A DNA stretch of 64,000 nt from a virus, in IMG/VR virus record IMGVR_UViG_3300009285_005282, positions 55,737-119,736 of that record; one strand, written 5' to 3'. A program made the translations under genes and the position numbers. The notes beneath the pieces are model-generated. The model was not told the origin of the DNA. It did not search any database and was given only the letters and a program-made list of their open reading frames with translations. Of the stretch, positions 9,928 through 18,715 are shown piece by piece (the first letter of the stretch is position 1; each line of letters begins with the position of its first letter).

Positions 9928-10088
9928 CACTGTTTCTCCTTGTGCGGCTCAAACGGGAGGGAACCGCATCGGGGACAGACTGGCGGCTGGCCCACCAGCT
10001 GACGACCGCACACGGGGCACTTTTCCCGCTCGACAGCCGTCTTGACCGATGGCTGGTCAGGCTCTGGTTCATAACCGTACTTGTCCAT
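9927..10088 (-). CDS. 53-aa zinc-ribbon protein (not in ORF track)
   Basis: AAGGAG RBS; MDKYGYEPEPDQPSVKTAVEREKCPVCGRQLVGQPPVCPRCGSLPFEPHKEKQ; TGATG overlap with recA. Confidence 0.7.
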   Translation of the reverse strand: MDKYGYEPEPDQPSVKTAVEREKCPVCGRQLVGQPPVCPRCGSLPFEPHKEKQ

Positions 10089-10111
10089 GTTTTCTCCTTG
10101 CCGTGGGTCGG

Positions 10112-12154
10112 CTACTTGGTCTCCGCCCAGCTGTGCCCCACCTTAGGGGTGGCGCGCAGGGGCACTCTTAGCGTGATACCGGGGTGCTCCATGTGCCCCT
10201 GAATGATCGGGCACGCCTCCGCCGCGGACTCCTCAGGAGCCTCGAACACCAGTTCGTCATGTACCTGCAGTAGCATGCGCACCCCGAGTGTGCGAAGTCT
10301 GGAGTCACGACGGCATCGGTTCATTGCCAGCCGGACAATATCCGCTGCCGTGCCTTGAATCCAGAGGTTTGTCGCTGCCCGCTGGGCGTCCCTGGTGAGC
10401 TTGCAGGCGTTACACCAACAGATCTTGGACCGGCGGCCCTGTTGGGCGACAGCCGCTTGATGGGATTGGTAGACGGGCCAGTCCATCGCCTCCAAGAACC
10501 ACCGGCGGTTTCCGAGGTAGGAGGAGGCGTACTTGTGGTCGCTGAGGAACTCGTGTGTCCACTGGATGAAATCTCGTGCTTCCGGAATGGCGGCGAAGAA
10601 CTCCTCGGTCTTCTCCTGTGCCATCCTGGTGGCCTCATCCTGCACGGCCTGGTCTGACCAGTTTGGATACTCTGCACGTACCGCGGCGGGGTAGCCGAGA
10701 TCAATCCCGAGTGTCCGCGCCGCTTTGCCATAAATGAGCCCAAACCCGATTGCCTTCACCGGGTTGCGTAACCCCTTGAGCATTTTCTGGTGATCAGTTG
10801 GGTTCTTGGCGTTTTTGGCCTCGATGAGCTCTTCGTAGGAGTAGCCGTAGACCTTCGCTGCGTTAGCGGTGTGTAAGTCCTTTCCCGCAATGGCGGCCTC
10901 GACCAGGCTCTTGGCGTTGGAAAAGTGCGCCAAGATGTACAGCTCCAACTGGTCGTAGTCAGCTCCTATGAGCACCGTTCCCGGTGGAGCAACGAAAGCC
11001 CGTCGAATGTCCAGCAGCGCGGCGGTGCCACTCCTCAGCTGATTTTGTAAATTGGGCTCGGATGACGACAATCTTCCAGTGTCGGCTACGTGCTGGTTGA
11101 ACGTAGTATGCACCCGCCCGTGGTCGTCCACCCAGGACAGGATACCGTCGATGTAGGTGCCCACCAGCTTGGTGAGCGACCGGTACTCCTTGATGAGCCT
11201 GGGTACCTCGTTTCCCTCCTCGGCCAGGACGTCCAGGACATCTGCATCGGTAGAGGGCCGCGGCGCGCTCGTGGTGCCACCGGGGGTGTTCTTGACAACT
11301 GGCAGCCCCAGGTCCTCGAACAGCAGCTTGGCCAGCTGCGGGCCGCTGTTCAGGTTCACGAAGTAGCCGGCCGTCTGGTTGATCGAACGTTCGATTTCGG
11401 TCTGTCGTTGCTGAATTCGGGGCTTAGCTTGCTGCAGGTAGTTGACATCTAGTTGGATACCCGCCCGTTCCATCTCGAACAGGGTCCTGGTTGTGGGCAC
11501 CTCGTAGAGCATGAACAGATCAAACAATGTACCGTTGCCCGTTCGGTCAGGAATTTGTTGTAGTTTCTCAGCCAGCCTGTGGAACAGCCGCAGGACCCCG
11601 TAGGCGTCAAAGCTGGCGTAGTCCACCACGCGGTCGTACTCGCGCTCAAACGCCTCCAACTCGATCTCGTACAAGGTCTTCTTCGGCGGGCGCTTCCGGT
11701 GCCCTTTGGCGTTGGCGGGGTAGAACGTATCACCAAAGGGCATCATGATCTCCCCGAACTCACGGTAGTAGGCGTCCTTGAGACCGTGTGGCTGCGCCGG
11801 GTTCAGCAGACGGTCCATGGTCAGCGTGCAGTACATGTCCCCCTGGAGGTGCACGCCACTGTTGGCCAACATGTTAGCATCATACTTGATCTGGCTCCCC
11901 ACCCATGTCTTGGTGGGGTCCTCCAACACGTTCTTGAATCTGTGGAGCCGGTCCCGCTCCAGAAAGAACCGGTTGTCCCCGGTGGACACCGACCAGAACA
12001 CCACGAAGTCCCGTTGGATGTTCAGGCCGGTGGTCTCCGTGTCGACGGCGATCAAGTCCGTGTCGTAGAGCAGCTCTTCGAGCTGTTGTTCCTGCTCGGC
12101 CGTCCGCACGTGGACTGCCACCGGCCGGTCGATGGACCATTCTACAAGTTTCAT
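10112..12154 (-). CDS. polA: Family A DNA polymerase with 3'-5' exonuclease
   Basis: DTETTGL, TGRLSSSEPNLQN, motif A ADYDQLEL, motif B KAIGFGLIYG, motif C QVHDEL. Confidence 0.95.
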   Translation of the reverse strand: MKLVEWSIDRPVAVHVRTAEQEQQLEELLYDTDLIAVDTETTGLNIQRDFVVFWSVSTGDNRFFLERDRLHRFKNVLEDPTKTWVGSQIKYDANMLANSGVHLQGDMYCTLTMDRLLNPAQPHGLKDAYYREFGEIMMPFGDTFYPANAKGHRKRPPKKTLYEIELEAFEREYDRVVDYASFDAYGVLRLFHRLAEKLQQIPDRTGNGTLFDLFMLYEVPTTRTLFEMERAGIQLDVNYLQQAKPRIQQRQTEIERSINQTAGYFVNLNSGPQLAKLLFEDLGLPVVKNTPGGTTSAPRPSTDADVLDVLAEEGNEVPRLIKEYRSLTKLVGTYIDGILSWVDDHGRVHTTFNQHVADTGRLSSSEPNLQNQLRSGTAALLDIRRAFVAPPGTVLIGADYDQLELYILAHFSNAKSLVEAAIAGKDLHTANAAKVYGYSYEELIEAKNAKNPTDHQKMLKGLRNPVKAIGFGLIYGKAARTLGIDLGYPAAVRAEYPNWSDQAVQDEATRMAQEKTEEFFAAIPEARDFIQWTHEFLSDHKYASSYLGNRRWFLEAMDWPVYQSHQAAVAQQGRRSKICWCNACKLTRDAQRAATNLWIQGTAADIVRLAMNRCRRDSRLRTLGVRMLLQVHDELVFEAPEESAAEACPIIQGHMEHPGITLRVPLRATPKVGHSWAETK

Positions 12155-12173
12155 TAGCCCTCCAACGGGGAGA

Positions 12174-12206
12174 ATGGGGGCGGGGACTCACGGTCCCCGC
12201 CCCCAT
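12174..12206. promoter_or_regulatory. Perfect 14-bp hairpin between SSB and polA (terminator/processing site)
   Basis: atgggggcggggac-tcacg-gtccccgcccccat. Confidence 0.6.
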
Positions 12207-12219
12207 CGCAGTGTAGCCG

Positions 12220-13326
12220 CTAGACTTTGCGCGTCCGCGGCCCCGAGTTCACGTCGTCATCGTCCCAGGTGGAGCTGCCCTCCGTACGACGAGCAGGGCG
12301 CCCTGTGCCCCCAAAGGGGTTGTCGACGCCCATGTCCTTGGCCTGGTCCTCCAAGGACTTCGGGGCGAATATCCGCTCCAGCTCCAGCGGAGTCATGTGC
12401 TCCTTGACCTTCGCCAGGTCCTCCGGGGTCGCCACCCGGTGCGCGATTTGGAGAGCGGAGTCCTTGTTCTCCCCAACGCGGTGCAGGTCTAGCACCACGT
12501 TCCAAAGGTCCAACGGCGTGGGGGTGCTGCACCGGTCGCATTCGTGGACCGGGGTGAAGAACCCCACGGTTCCGCAGGAGCTGCACTCCATCTCCTCCTC
12601 CTCCAACGAGGAGATCTGGTTGTCCGTGAGTTGTTGGACATCCAGGAAGTGGTCGCACTTGCTTGAGGAGCAGCCAAACCCTACCAGGTCCAACCCACCC
12701 CCGCAGGTGCAGAGTTTGCTCAGCACGGTGCGCTCAAACGCCTCCAGCTGCCCGATGTACCGGAACCCGAACCCGACGTGTACGGGCCGTCCGAAAGTTA
12801 CCGGCTGCTCCTGCCTGCAAAGTCCGCAGCGGCGTCCCGTGCAATCCTTGTACTCTACGATCTTCACCTTTTCCCCGGGGCGCTTCTTGGAGTCCACTTC
12901 CCGCTCGACGGGGTGGAAGTTCCCCATGAGCACTCCGTTGAAGACGATCTGCTTGGACGCTGCCCGCACGTTTCGCGCCCCTATGCTAGCGAAGTGACAA
13001 GGCACGCAGCTCCGGTCACCGATGTCCAGAACGTGAGAGCCGTCTGGCTCCTCGTACTCCGCCAGCCCGGCGCTGCAAGTGAGGCTCACCCCCTTGCCCT
13101 CTTTCCCCGCCCCCATAACGAAGTGGCTGAACGTGATGTAGTACGGGTTGGTGATCTTCTTGGTCTCCCCCTCGGCCAAGGAGATCTCCTGGACGTACTT
13201 ACCCGGAAACAGGAGTATTTGGCTGACACCGGGCTCCCCGACCTTGGGGATTTTCCACCACTGTCCACCGCCACCACCACGCTTGCGTCCTTTTTGGTCG
13301 CGACGCAGGTTCCTCGAAAGTGCCAT
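12220..13326 (-). CDS. Putative gp32-like ssDNA-binding protein with multiple Zn ribbons
   Basis: WWKIP...ILLFPG N-terminus, acidic tail WDDDD, position between primase and polA, about 18 Cys in CxxC-type clusters. Confidence 0.55.
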   Translation of the reverse strand: MALSRNLRRDQKGRKRGGGGGQWWKIPKVGEPGVSQILLFPGKYVQEISLAEGETKKITNPYYITFSHFVMGAGKEGKGVSLTCSAGLAEYEEPDGSHVLDIGDRSCVPCHFASIGARNVRAASKQIVFNGVLMGNFHPVEREVDSKKRPGEKVKIVEYKDCTGRRCGLCRQEQPVTFGRPVHVGFGFRYIGQLEAFERTVLSKLCTCGGGLDLVGFGCSSSKCDHFLDVQQLTDNQISSLEEEEMECSSCGTVGFFTPVHECDRCSTPTPLDLWNVVLDLHRVGENKDSALQIAHRVATPEDLAKVKEHMTPLELERIFAPKSLEDQAKDMGVDNPFGGTGRPARRTEGSSTWDDDDVNSGPRTRKV

Positions 13327-14312
13327 TACCGATACCTTTCTGCCTCAGCGAGGCTTTGCCGAATCTCTTCCGCGTTCAGATCGTCCGGCTGAACGCGCTC
13401 CTCATCAGGATACTGCACCACCCGGACAACTTTGGTCCGGGCGAGCCAGCCACCGATCTTTTCCGTTCCTAGACAGCCAGCTTGGTCACCGTCCAGCATC
13501 AGGTACAGCACGTCCGGCGCGAGGATGTGCAAGAGCTGGTGCTGCTCCCGACTCATGTACGAGCCGAGCAGCGCGACCGTCGCGGGCCACCCGTTCTGAA
13601 CTAGCCAGATGCACGCCTTGTACCCCTCCACGACGATGAAGGGGGTGCGTTCCTCCGGGGGCAGCGTCCTTATCCGGTGGCCATTCCACAGGTGGCTGTG
13701 AGGCTCCGGTTGATACTTGGGGAAGAGTTTATCGAACTCCTCCCCGTAGTCTCCCGGAGACCCGTCCGTACCGCCGCGGTACACCCGGTACTTGGGGTGC
13801 TCCCCGGGGATGGTAGCCTTCCCGGCGTAACCGATCAGGTTCCCCATCGCATCACGCAACGGAAACATGATGCGATCGGTGCGCAGGTCGTACCCCACAC
13901 CGAGCTCCCGGAGCAGGTAGGGGTCGAACCCGGCGTTTACCAGGTCAATGGGCTTGCGGTAGTAGACGCCGGTCAGGCTTTCGGGAAGGATGTGCTGCCC
14001 TACAAGAGGGTTTCGTCGAGTGCGGCGCGCACGCAGTAGTTGTTCGTGCCGTTGCTGCCGCTCCTGCTGCTCTCGGACGAACGACTCTACGAACTGCCGT
14101 CTCTGCGGGGAGAGGCCCAACTTGTGAAGCAGCTGCCCCAACGTTCCGCCCTGGTGGCACCCGAAACAGTTCCACAACCCGGTTTCGACGTTGATCGAGA
14201 ACGACGGGGTGGAGTCGTCGTGGTCTGGTAAGGGGCAACAGGCCCACAACTCAGGACCTTTACGGTAGGAGCGCTCCAGGTAGGGGTCTAGCAGCTGCTC
14301 AAGTTGGTTCAT
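13326..14312 (-). CDS. dnaG: DnaG-type primase
   Basis: CPLPDHDDSTPSF...CFGC Zn finger; RIMFPL; VVEGYKA; LDGDQAG TOPRIM. Confidence 0.9.
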   Translation of the reverse strand: MNQLEQLLDPYLERSYRKGPELWACCPLPDHDDSTPSFSINVETGLWNCFGCHQGGTLGQLLHKLGLSPQRRQFVESFVREQQERQQRHEQLLRARRTRRNPLVGQHILPESLTGVYYRKPIDLVNAGFDPYLLRELGVGYDLRTDRIMFPLRDAMGNLIGYAGKATIPGEHPKYRVYRGGTDGSPGDYGEEFDKLFPKYQPEPHSHLWNGHRIRTLPPEERTPFIVVEGYKACIWLVQNGWPATVALLGSYMSREQHQLLHILAPDVLYLMLDGDQAGCLGTEKIGGWLARTKVVRVVQYPDEERVQPDDLNAEEIRQSLAEAERYR

Positions 14313-15804
14313 CCTCCGGCTCCTCTGGCACTAACGCACCGTAGTGCTGCTGAAGGTCCTCGTGGTCCGTTTTCTGTATCGGCTTCCTCCTTCCACCCCC
14401 ACGCGCTTTGCGCTCCTCAAGTACCTCCCGCCCCGTCCGAATAGGGTTCAGCTGGGGGTCCTCTGGTACCACCTGTCCTGACTCGTCCAGTAGCCGCCCC
14501 TCCTCGTCCGTCCAGCCTTTCCAGTGCCAATGTTGGCAGAGCCGCACGCTGAGCAAAAACCCGGCAACCTGCAGCTCCCGCGCCCCGGCGATGTTTACCC
14601 GTAGGCGTGTGGACACGCCGTCACTATCACGTCCCTCCTTTTTGACACGCCACACCATATCCGCTTCCTGTCCCAAAGCGTCGGCGAACGAGATGTCCTC
14701 CAGGTGTTCGTCACCCTCTGGACCACCCTTTTTGGTTCTGGATCGTTGGGTCACCCCAATGACCGGTACGTGCAACTGCTGTGTAGTACCCTTCAGGTCC
14801 TGGGCAATGTTTGCCTGCACCGTCCACTTCAGGTCGTGCTTGCCGGTCCGGTCGTCCAGCATTCGGTACAGAGCATCTACGATGATAAGGTCCGGCTCGA
14901 ACTCCTCGGCGACAGCCTGCAGGTGGGATACCCCACCCCCGCCCGGCACGTCGGCGCTCGAAACGAACTTTAGCGCCCTGGACCGCCCGGTTGACGTGAG
15001 GCGGTTCTCCAGTTGGGGGATCAGCCGCAAGATGGTCTGGAAGTCCTCCCATTCCTTGGGGGTACTGTGCCCTTCGCGGAAACGGGTGTAGTCGATGGTT
15101 GCTAGGGAGCACGCCACACGTTGCTCCAGCTGATTAGTGGGCATTTCACAGCTGTAGATCAGCACCCTTGCCTGAGAATCCATGTAGGCGGAGCACGCCA
15201 GCTCCATCGCGAGCCAGGTCTTCATGCTCTTTGGACGGGCGAAGATGACCAGGAAGTCCTCGGTCTGGAGGCCCTGGGTTTTCTGATTGAGCTGGCGCCA
15301 CGGGAACGGAAGGCCCTGTACCAGGTCGCGGTTGCGTCGCTGCTCCGCCTCGAAAATGATGTTCTCTACGTCGTCACTCAGTACTCGCACGCTTCCTTGG
15401 GGGGTGGCGTGCTGCCACTGTGCGACCCGTTGGCGCAGCAACTGAAACGCCCCGTCACCGTTGAACTGGTCTACGAGGTCACACACCTCTAGGACGGCAT
15501 CGTTGATCTGCCGGCAAAGTGCCCGCTCGCGTATGTCACGGCAGACCTCGGCCAAGGTGGCGTTCACCTGGATCGGTGGTAACGTTCCAGGATATCGCTC
15601 CTCCATCCACTCCAGGGAGGGGATGCACCCGTGGTGCTCCTGGTGCTTGTAGTAGCTCACGATCTCAATGAACTGCGCTCGGCGAATTGGTTGCACCAGG
15701 AGGTCCGGCGTTACCCCGTGTGTGAGCACGTGTCTCAGGTCTTTGGTTGTCAGAATGAGCCAAATCAGGGCGTGCTCTCGATCTATACCTCCGGCGCCCG
15801 ACAT
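14299..15804 (-). CDS. dnaB: DnaB-like replicative helicase
   Basis: ARPKSMKT Walker A, SCEM, IIVDALY, VTQRSR, DALGQEAD. Confidence 0.9.
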   Translation of the reverse strand: MSGAGGIDREHALIWLILTTKDLRHVLTHGVTPDLLVQPIRRAQFIEIVSYYKHQEHHGCIPSLEWMEERYPGTLPPIQVNATLAEVCRDIRERALCRQINDAVLEVCDLVDQFNGDGAFQLLRQRVAQWQHATPQGSVRVLSDDVENIIFEAEQRRNRDLVQGLPFPWRQLNQKTQGLQTEDFLVIFARPKSMKTWLAMELACSAYMDSQARVLIYSCEMPTNQLEQRVACSLATIDYTRFREGHSTPKEWEDFQTILRLIPQLENRLTSTGRSRALKFVSSADVPGGGGVSHLQAVAEEFEPDLIIVDALYRMLDDRTGKHDLKWTVQANIAQDLKGTTQQLHVPVIGVTQRSRTKKGGPEGDEHLEDISFADALGQEADMVWRVKKEGRDSDGVSTRLRVNIAGARELQVAGFLLSVRLCQHWHWKGWTDEEGRLLDESGQVVPEDPQLNPIRTGREVLEERKARGGGRRKPIQKTDHEDLQQHYGALVPEEPEDEPT

Positions 15805-15807
15805 CGG

Positions 15808-16065
15808 TTACTCCAGCGACATCGAGACGAGGTGCGCCTTGTTGATTACGGTATCCTCCCCGTTATGGGGGCGAAGCGTAATCGTGTACTTACTTACGCA
15901 CAGCAGATCCCCCGTGTACACGCCGTCTGTCAGCACCACCCGAACGTCCTGTCCGATCCAGCGCTGATAGGCGGACTCCTGCTCCGCGAGCTTCTTCAGC
16001 GTTTTGGCGTGTTTTTGGCTGCGCTGCTCCAGCAGCGCTACCCGTTTGATGATCTCCTCGCTCAC
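15808..16065 (-). CDS. Hfq/Sm-fold RNA-binding protein
   Basis: VRVVLTDGVYTGDLLCVSKYTITL...VINKAHLVSM matches the Sm1/Sm2 pattern of Hfq. Confidence 0.65.
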   Translation of the reverse strand: MSEEIIKRVALLEQRSQKHAKTLKKLAEQESAYQRWIGQDVRVVLTDGVYTGDLLCVSKYTITLRPHNGEDTVINKAHLVSMSLE

Positions 16066-16349
16066 GGTTTGTTCCTTTCTTGGTTTGGGCAGTCCGCTGT
16101 TGGTCGCTCATGACACATGCAGTGCGGTTCCCCGGTTTCTGCCTGTAATCGGAGTGTTCGTGCACAACAGCGGTAAGTTTCCGCCTTTCGGTCTCCTACG
16201 GACTGTCCCGGTGTGCTCAGGTCGATTCCGTGATCTCGATCCCAGGCGGCCATTTCCTCCGCCTCGTTCGCAAGGCGCTCCCAGTGTTCCGCGCCTTCGA
16301 TCCAGTATTTCCTTTCCTCCATGGCACTTCCGCTCGTGTCGTTGCTCAT
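16062..16349 (-). CDS. Small Cys/His protein, paralog of 18087-18317
   Basis: AEHWE...RLQAETGEPHCMCH. Confidence 0.6.
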   Translation of the reverse strand: MSNDTSGSAMEERKYWIEGAEHWERLANEAEEMAAWDRDHGIDLSTPGQSVGDRKAETYRCCARTLRLQAETGEPHCMCHERPTADCPNQERNKP

Positions 16350-16651
16350 ACCTGCTCCGTTTCCAGCACCAGCCCGTCAAGCTCTACCTGCGTCTCTAGT
16401 GGCACGTCCTGGAAGTAGAGGGGGCGTACCTCCGCGGTCAGCGCGGTCAGCAGCTGCTGCACGGCGTCTCGCACAGCTTGGCCCATGCGCAGAGAGTTCT
16501 CCGACGCTGTCGTTTGCGCCAACGTCACCTGACCATGACGCAGGTCCACCCACACTTTTATCGTGGGGGATAACGGTGGCGTAACGTCCCAGTACGCACT
16601 CGACACCTCCACTCGAACCAGCCGGAGGTTGTCAATCTTGCTAACCGTCAT
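16346..16651 (-). CDS. Hypothetical protein
   Basis: Overlapping start/stop packing. Confidence 0.6.
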   Translation of the reverse strand: MTVSKIDNLRLVRVEVSSAYWDVTPPLSPTIKVWVDLRHGQVTLAQTTASENSLRMGQAVRDAVQQLLTALTAEVRPLYFQDVPLETQVELDGLVLETEQV

Positions 16652-16982
16652 TGTGCAACTCCTCCGCCATTTTGTTGACGAGGACGCGCATACGCTGGTC
16701 GTCAGCCTGCATGACTTGCTCCGCGAGACGGATGCACGCCGCGGAGGCGGCCAAGATGGTCTCCTCGTCCTGGTTGCAGCGGACGCTCACCGAGCAAAGC
16801 CCGTCCACCGCGAACTCGGAGTAGGGAAGGGCGTGGCGTACCCCCCGCGAACGGGTGACGTTAGCGTTGCCGTCCCCCAGGAGCACGTCGACCGTCACAA
16901 CGGCTGTGCTCTGGGCAGCCGTAGGATTCTTTTCTCGTTGCTTTTGTGTTCGTTGGTGGGTCACCGTGGCTTCGTTCTTCAT
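16641..16982 (-). CDS. Hypothetical protein
   Basis: GAGG RBS, operon packing. Confidence 0.6.
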   Translation of the reverse strand: MKNEATVTHQRTQKQREKNPTAAQSTAVVTVDVLLGDGNANVTRSRGVRHALPYSEFAVDGLCSVSVRCNQDEETILAASAACIRLAEQVMQADDQRMRVLVNKMAEELHNDG

Positions 16983-16985
16983 GCC

Positions 16986-17408
16986 TCACCCCAGTTGGAT
17001 AGCCGCGGGCTTGTTGAGCACGCGGGTCTGCTGCTTTACTTTTTCGACGACCGCCTTGGCCACCTCCTGCTCCAGCCGGCCGGTGTGCACTGCCTGGTCG
17101 AACTCGGCGGTCCTTACCTTGTACACGACCTCCACTAGCTCTTCCCGCATCGGGTCATCGAAGAGCAGGTCGTACAACCGCCTCCCGTTGAACTCCCGCA
17201 CCTGGGCGGTCGTTACCTTCATGCCAGCTGCTGCAATGCCGGTTTCGGCCACCAGGCCGACCAGCCGTTCACGGGAGGCTTCACGTGCGGCTACCAGGTC
17301 GCGGTAGCTGCTCATCACATCCGCGTGCTCCTCCTCGAATTCACGCAGCGCCGTATGCCGCTCTTGATACTCTCGGGCGGCTACCTGTACTCGTTCGGTG
17401 GTGTTCAC
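16986..17408 (-). CDS. Hypothetical coiled-coil protein
   Basis: GAGGAGG RBS; 140-aa ORF. Confidence 0.65.
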   Translation of the reverse strand: MNTTERVQVAAREYQERHTALREFEEEHADVMSSYRDLVAAREASRERLVGLVAETGIAAAGMKVTTAQVREFNGRRLYDLLFDDPMREELVEVVYKVRTAEFDQAVHTGRLEQEVAKAVVEKVKQQTRVLNKPAAIQLG

Positions 17409-17418
17409 TCAAACCTCC

Positions 17419-18090
17419 TCAGCTACCATACAGAGTCTTCAGGATCCGCAGGTACTTGTCTGCGGCAACCAGGTCCTGCTTGAACAAGGTCCTGGCGTGC
17501 CGGTCCTCGAACAGGTGCTGCTTACGTACCTCCTCCGGCGGGTAGGAGAACCCTGACCGAAGCAGGAAGGCAGGGTGATAGGTCGGTAGAACGGGGTACG
17601 AGACGTACTTGTACCAGCCCTCGACCTTGGCGAAGTACAGGCCACCCCGAGCCTCCCCAATGGGCTCGTCCACACCGGTCAGCCCGCGTAGAGCGGAGCG
17701 TCCCAGGGCGAGGATGAGGTAGGGGTCGACCGCGTAGATGGTACTGGCCAGCCTGGGCCAGCAGGTGCGCATCTCCGCTATCGAGGGTTTGCGCGTCCCG
17801 AGCTTGGTGTCCTCGACAACTACCGGCCAGCAGGCGACTACGTTGTCGATAAAGACCTCGTCGCGGGACCACCCCAGCTGCTTCAGGTAGTTGGTGAGCT
17901 CCCCGCCGCTCGCACCCTGCTCGTCGAAAGGGTTGCCCGTTGCGTCCTCAGTAGGACCTGGGCCTTCGCCGACGATCATGACGCGGGCGCACGGGGCACC
18001 CTTCCCCAGCACGACCGAGCTGCGGGTTTGGTGGAGCCCACAGCGGGTGCACCCCTCCCATTCTTTTCGGATGTCGTCAAGGGTGTTCAC
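17419..18090 (-). CDS. udg: Family 4 uracil-DNA glycosylase
   Basis: CTRCGL..TR..VVLGKG...VMIVGEGPG..ED..G.PF, NVVACWP, TYHPAFLLR; GTG 18090. Confidence 0.9.
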   Translation of the reverse strand: MNTLDDIRKEWEGCTRCGLHQTRSSVVLGKGAPCARVMIVGEGPGPTEDATGNPFDEQGASGGELTNYLKQLGWSRDEVFIDNVVACWPVVVEDTKLGTRKPSIAEMRTCWPRLASTIYAVDPYLILALGRSALRGLTGVDEPIGEARGGLYFAKVEGWYKYVSYPVLPTYHPAFLLRSGFSYPPEEVRKQHLFEDRHARTLFKQDLVAADKYLRILKTLYGS

Positions 18091-18317
18091 GCCCACTCCC
18101 AGTACGGACAATGGTGGCGTACTTGGGCGTGGCACTTACAGTGAGGCTCCCCCGTTGTGGCCTCCAGCCGGTACGCTCGCGCACGGGTCAGCATGGACTG
18201 TACGGTGAGCTGACCCTTCGGTTGTTCGTGGGCGGCTCCCCCGGCGCTCGCTTCGCGCGCGCGCTGCTCCCAGTATTCCGCCAACTCAAGACACTGTTCC
18301 GGGGGCTTCACGGTCAC
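18087..18317 (-). CDS. Small Cys/His protein, paralog of 16062-16349
   Basis: AEYWE...RLEATTGEPHCKCH. Confidence 0.6.
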   Translation of the reverse strand: MTVKPPEQCLELAEYWEQRAREASAGGAAHEQPKGQLTVQSMLTRARAYRLEATTGEPHCKCHAQVRHHCPYWEWA

Positions 18318-18715
18318 CCCCGAGGCGTTGGGCGGACGTGCAGCCCCAACTCCTGGAGTGTGCTAACCCCGCCGCTGTGCACGGGTTGCACCAGTTGCTC
18401 ACCGGATTGGACCTTGAGCGCCTCGATGGTCTTGTCGTACACCTCCTGGAACAGCCGTGCCGTTTCTTTCCCCTGGTCGTCGACGCTGTAGAAGTACTCG
18501 GGTGCCACCAACAGTCGACGGATGGGCTCTGCTACACACCAGTGCGTGGTGCCCAGCACTGGGACACTCATCGGCTGTCCGGTGTTCGGATTTGGCAGAT
18601 TTACCTGCGTGATCGGTAACGCGTTATACAGGCACAGGATGCCCTGGTCGTCTGTCTCACCATACTCCCCCAGAAACGTGGTGCTGCCAGCTCGGACCAC
18701 TGCCAACTTCGTCAT
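18314..18715 (-). CDS. Hypothetical protein
   Basis: Four-base overlaps with both neighbours. Confidence 0.65.
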   Translation of the reverse strand: MTKLAVVRAGSTTFLGEYGETDDQGILCLYNALPITQVNLPNPNTGQPMSVPVLGTTHWCVAEPIRRLLVAPEYFYSVDDQGKETARLFQEVYDKTIEALKVQSGEQLVQPVHSGGVSTLQELGLHVRPTPRG

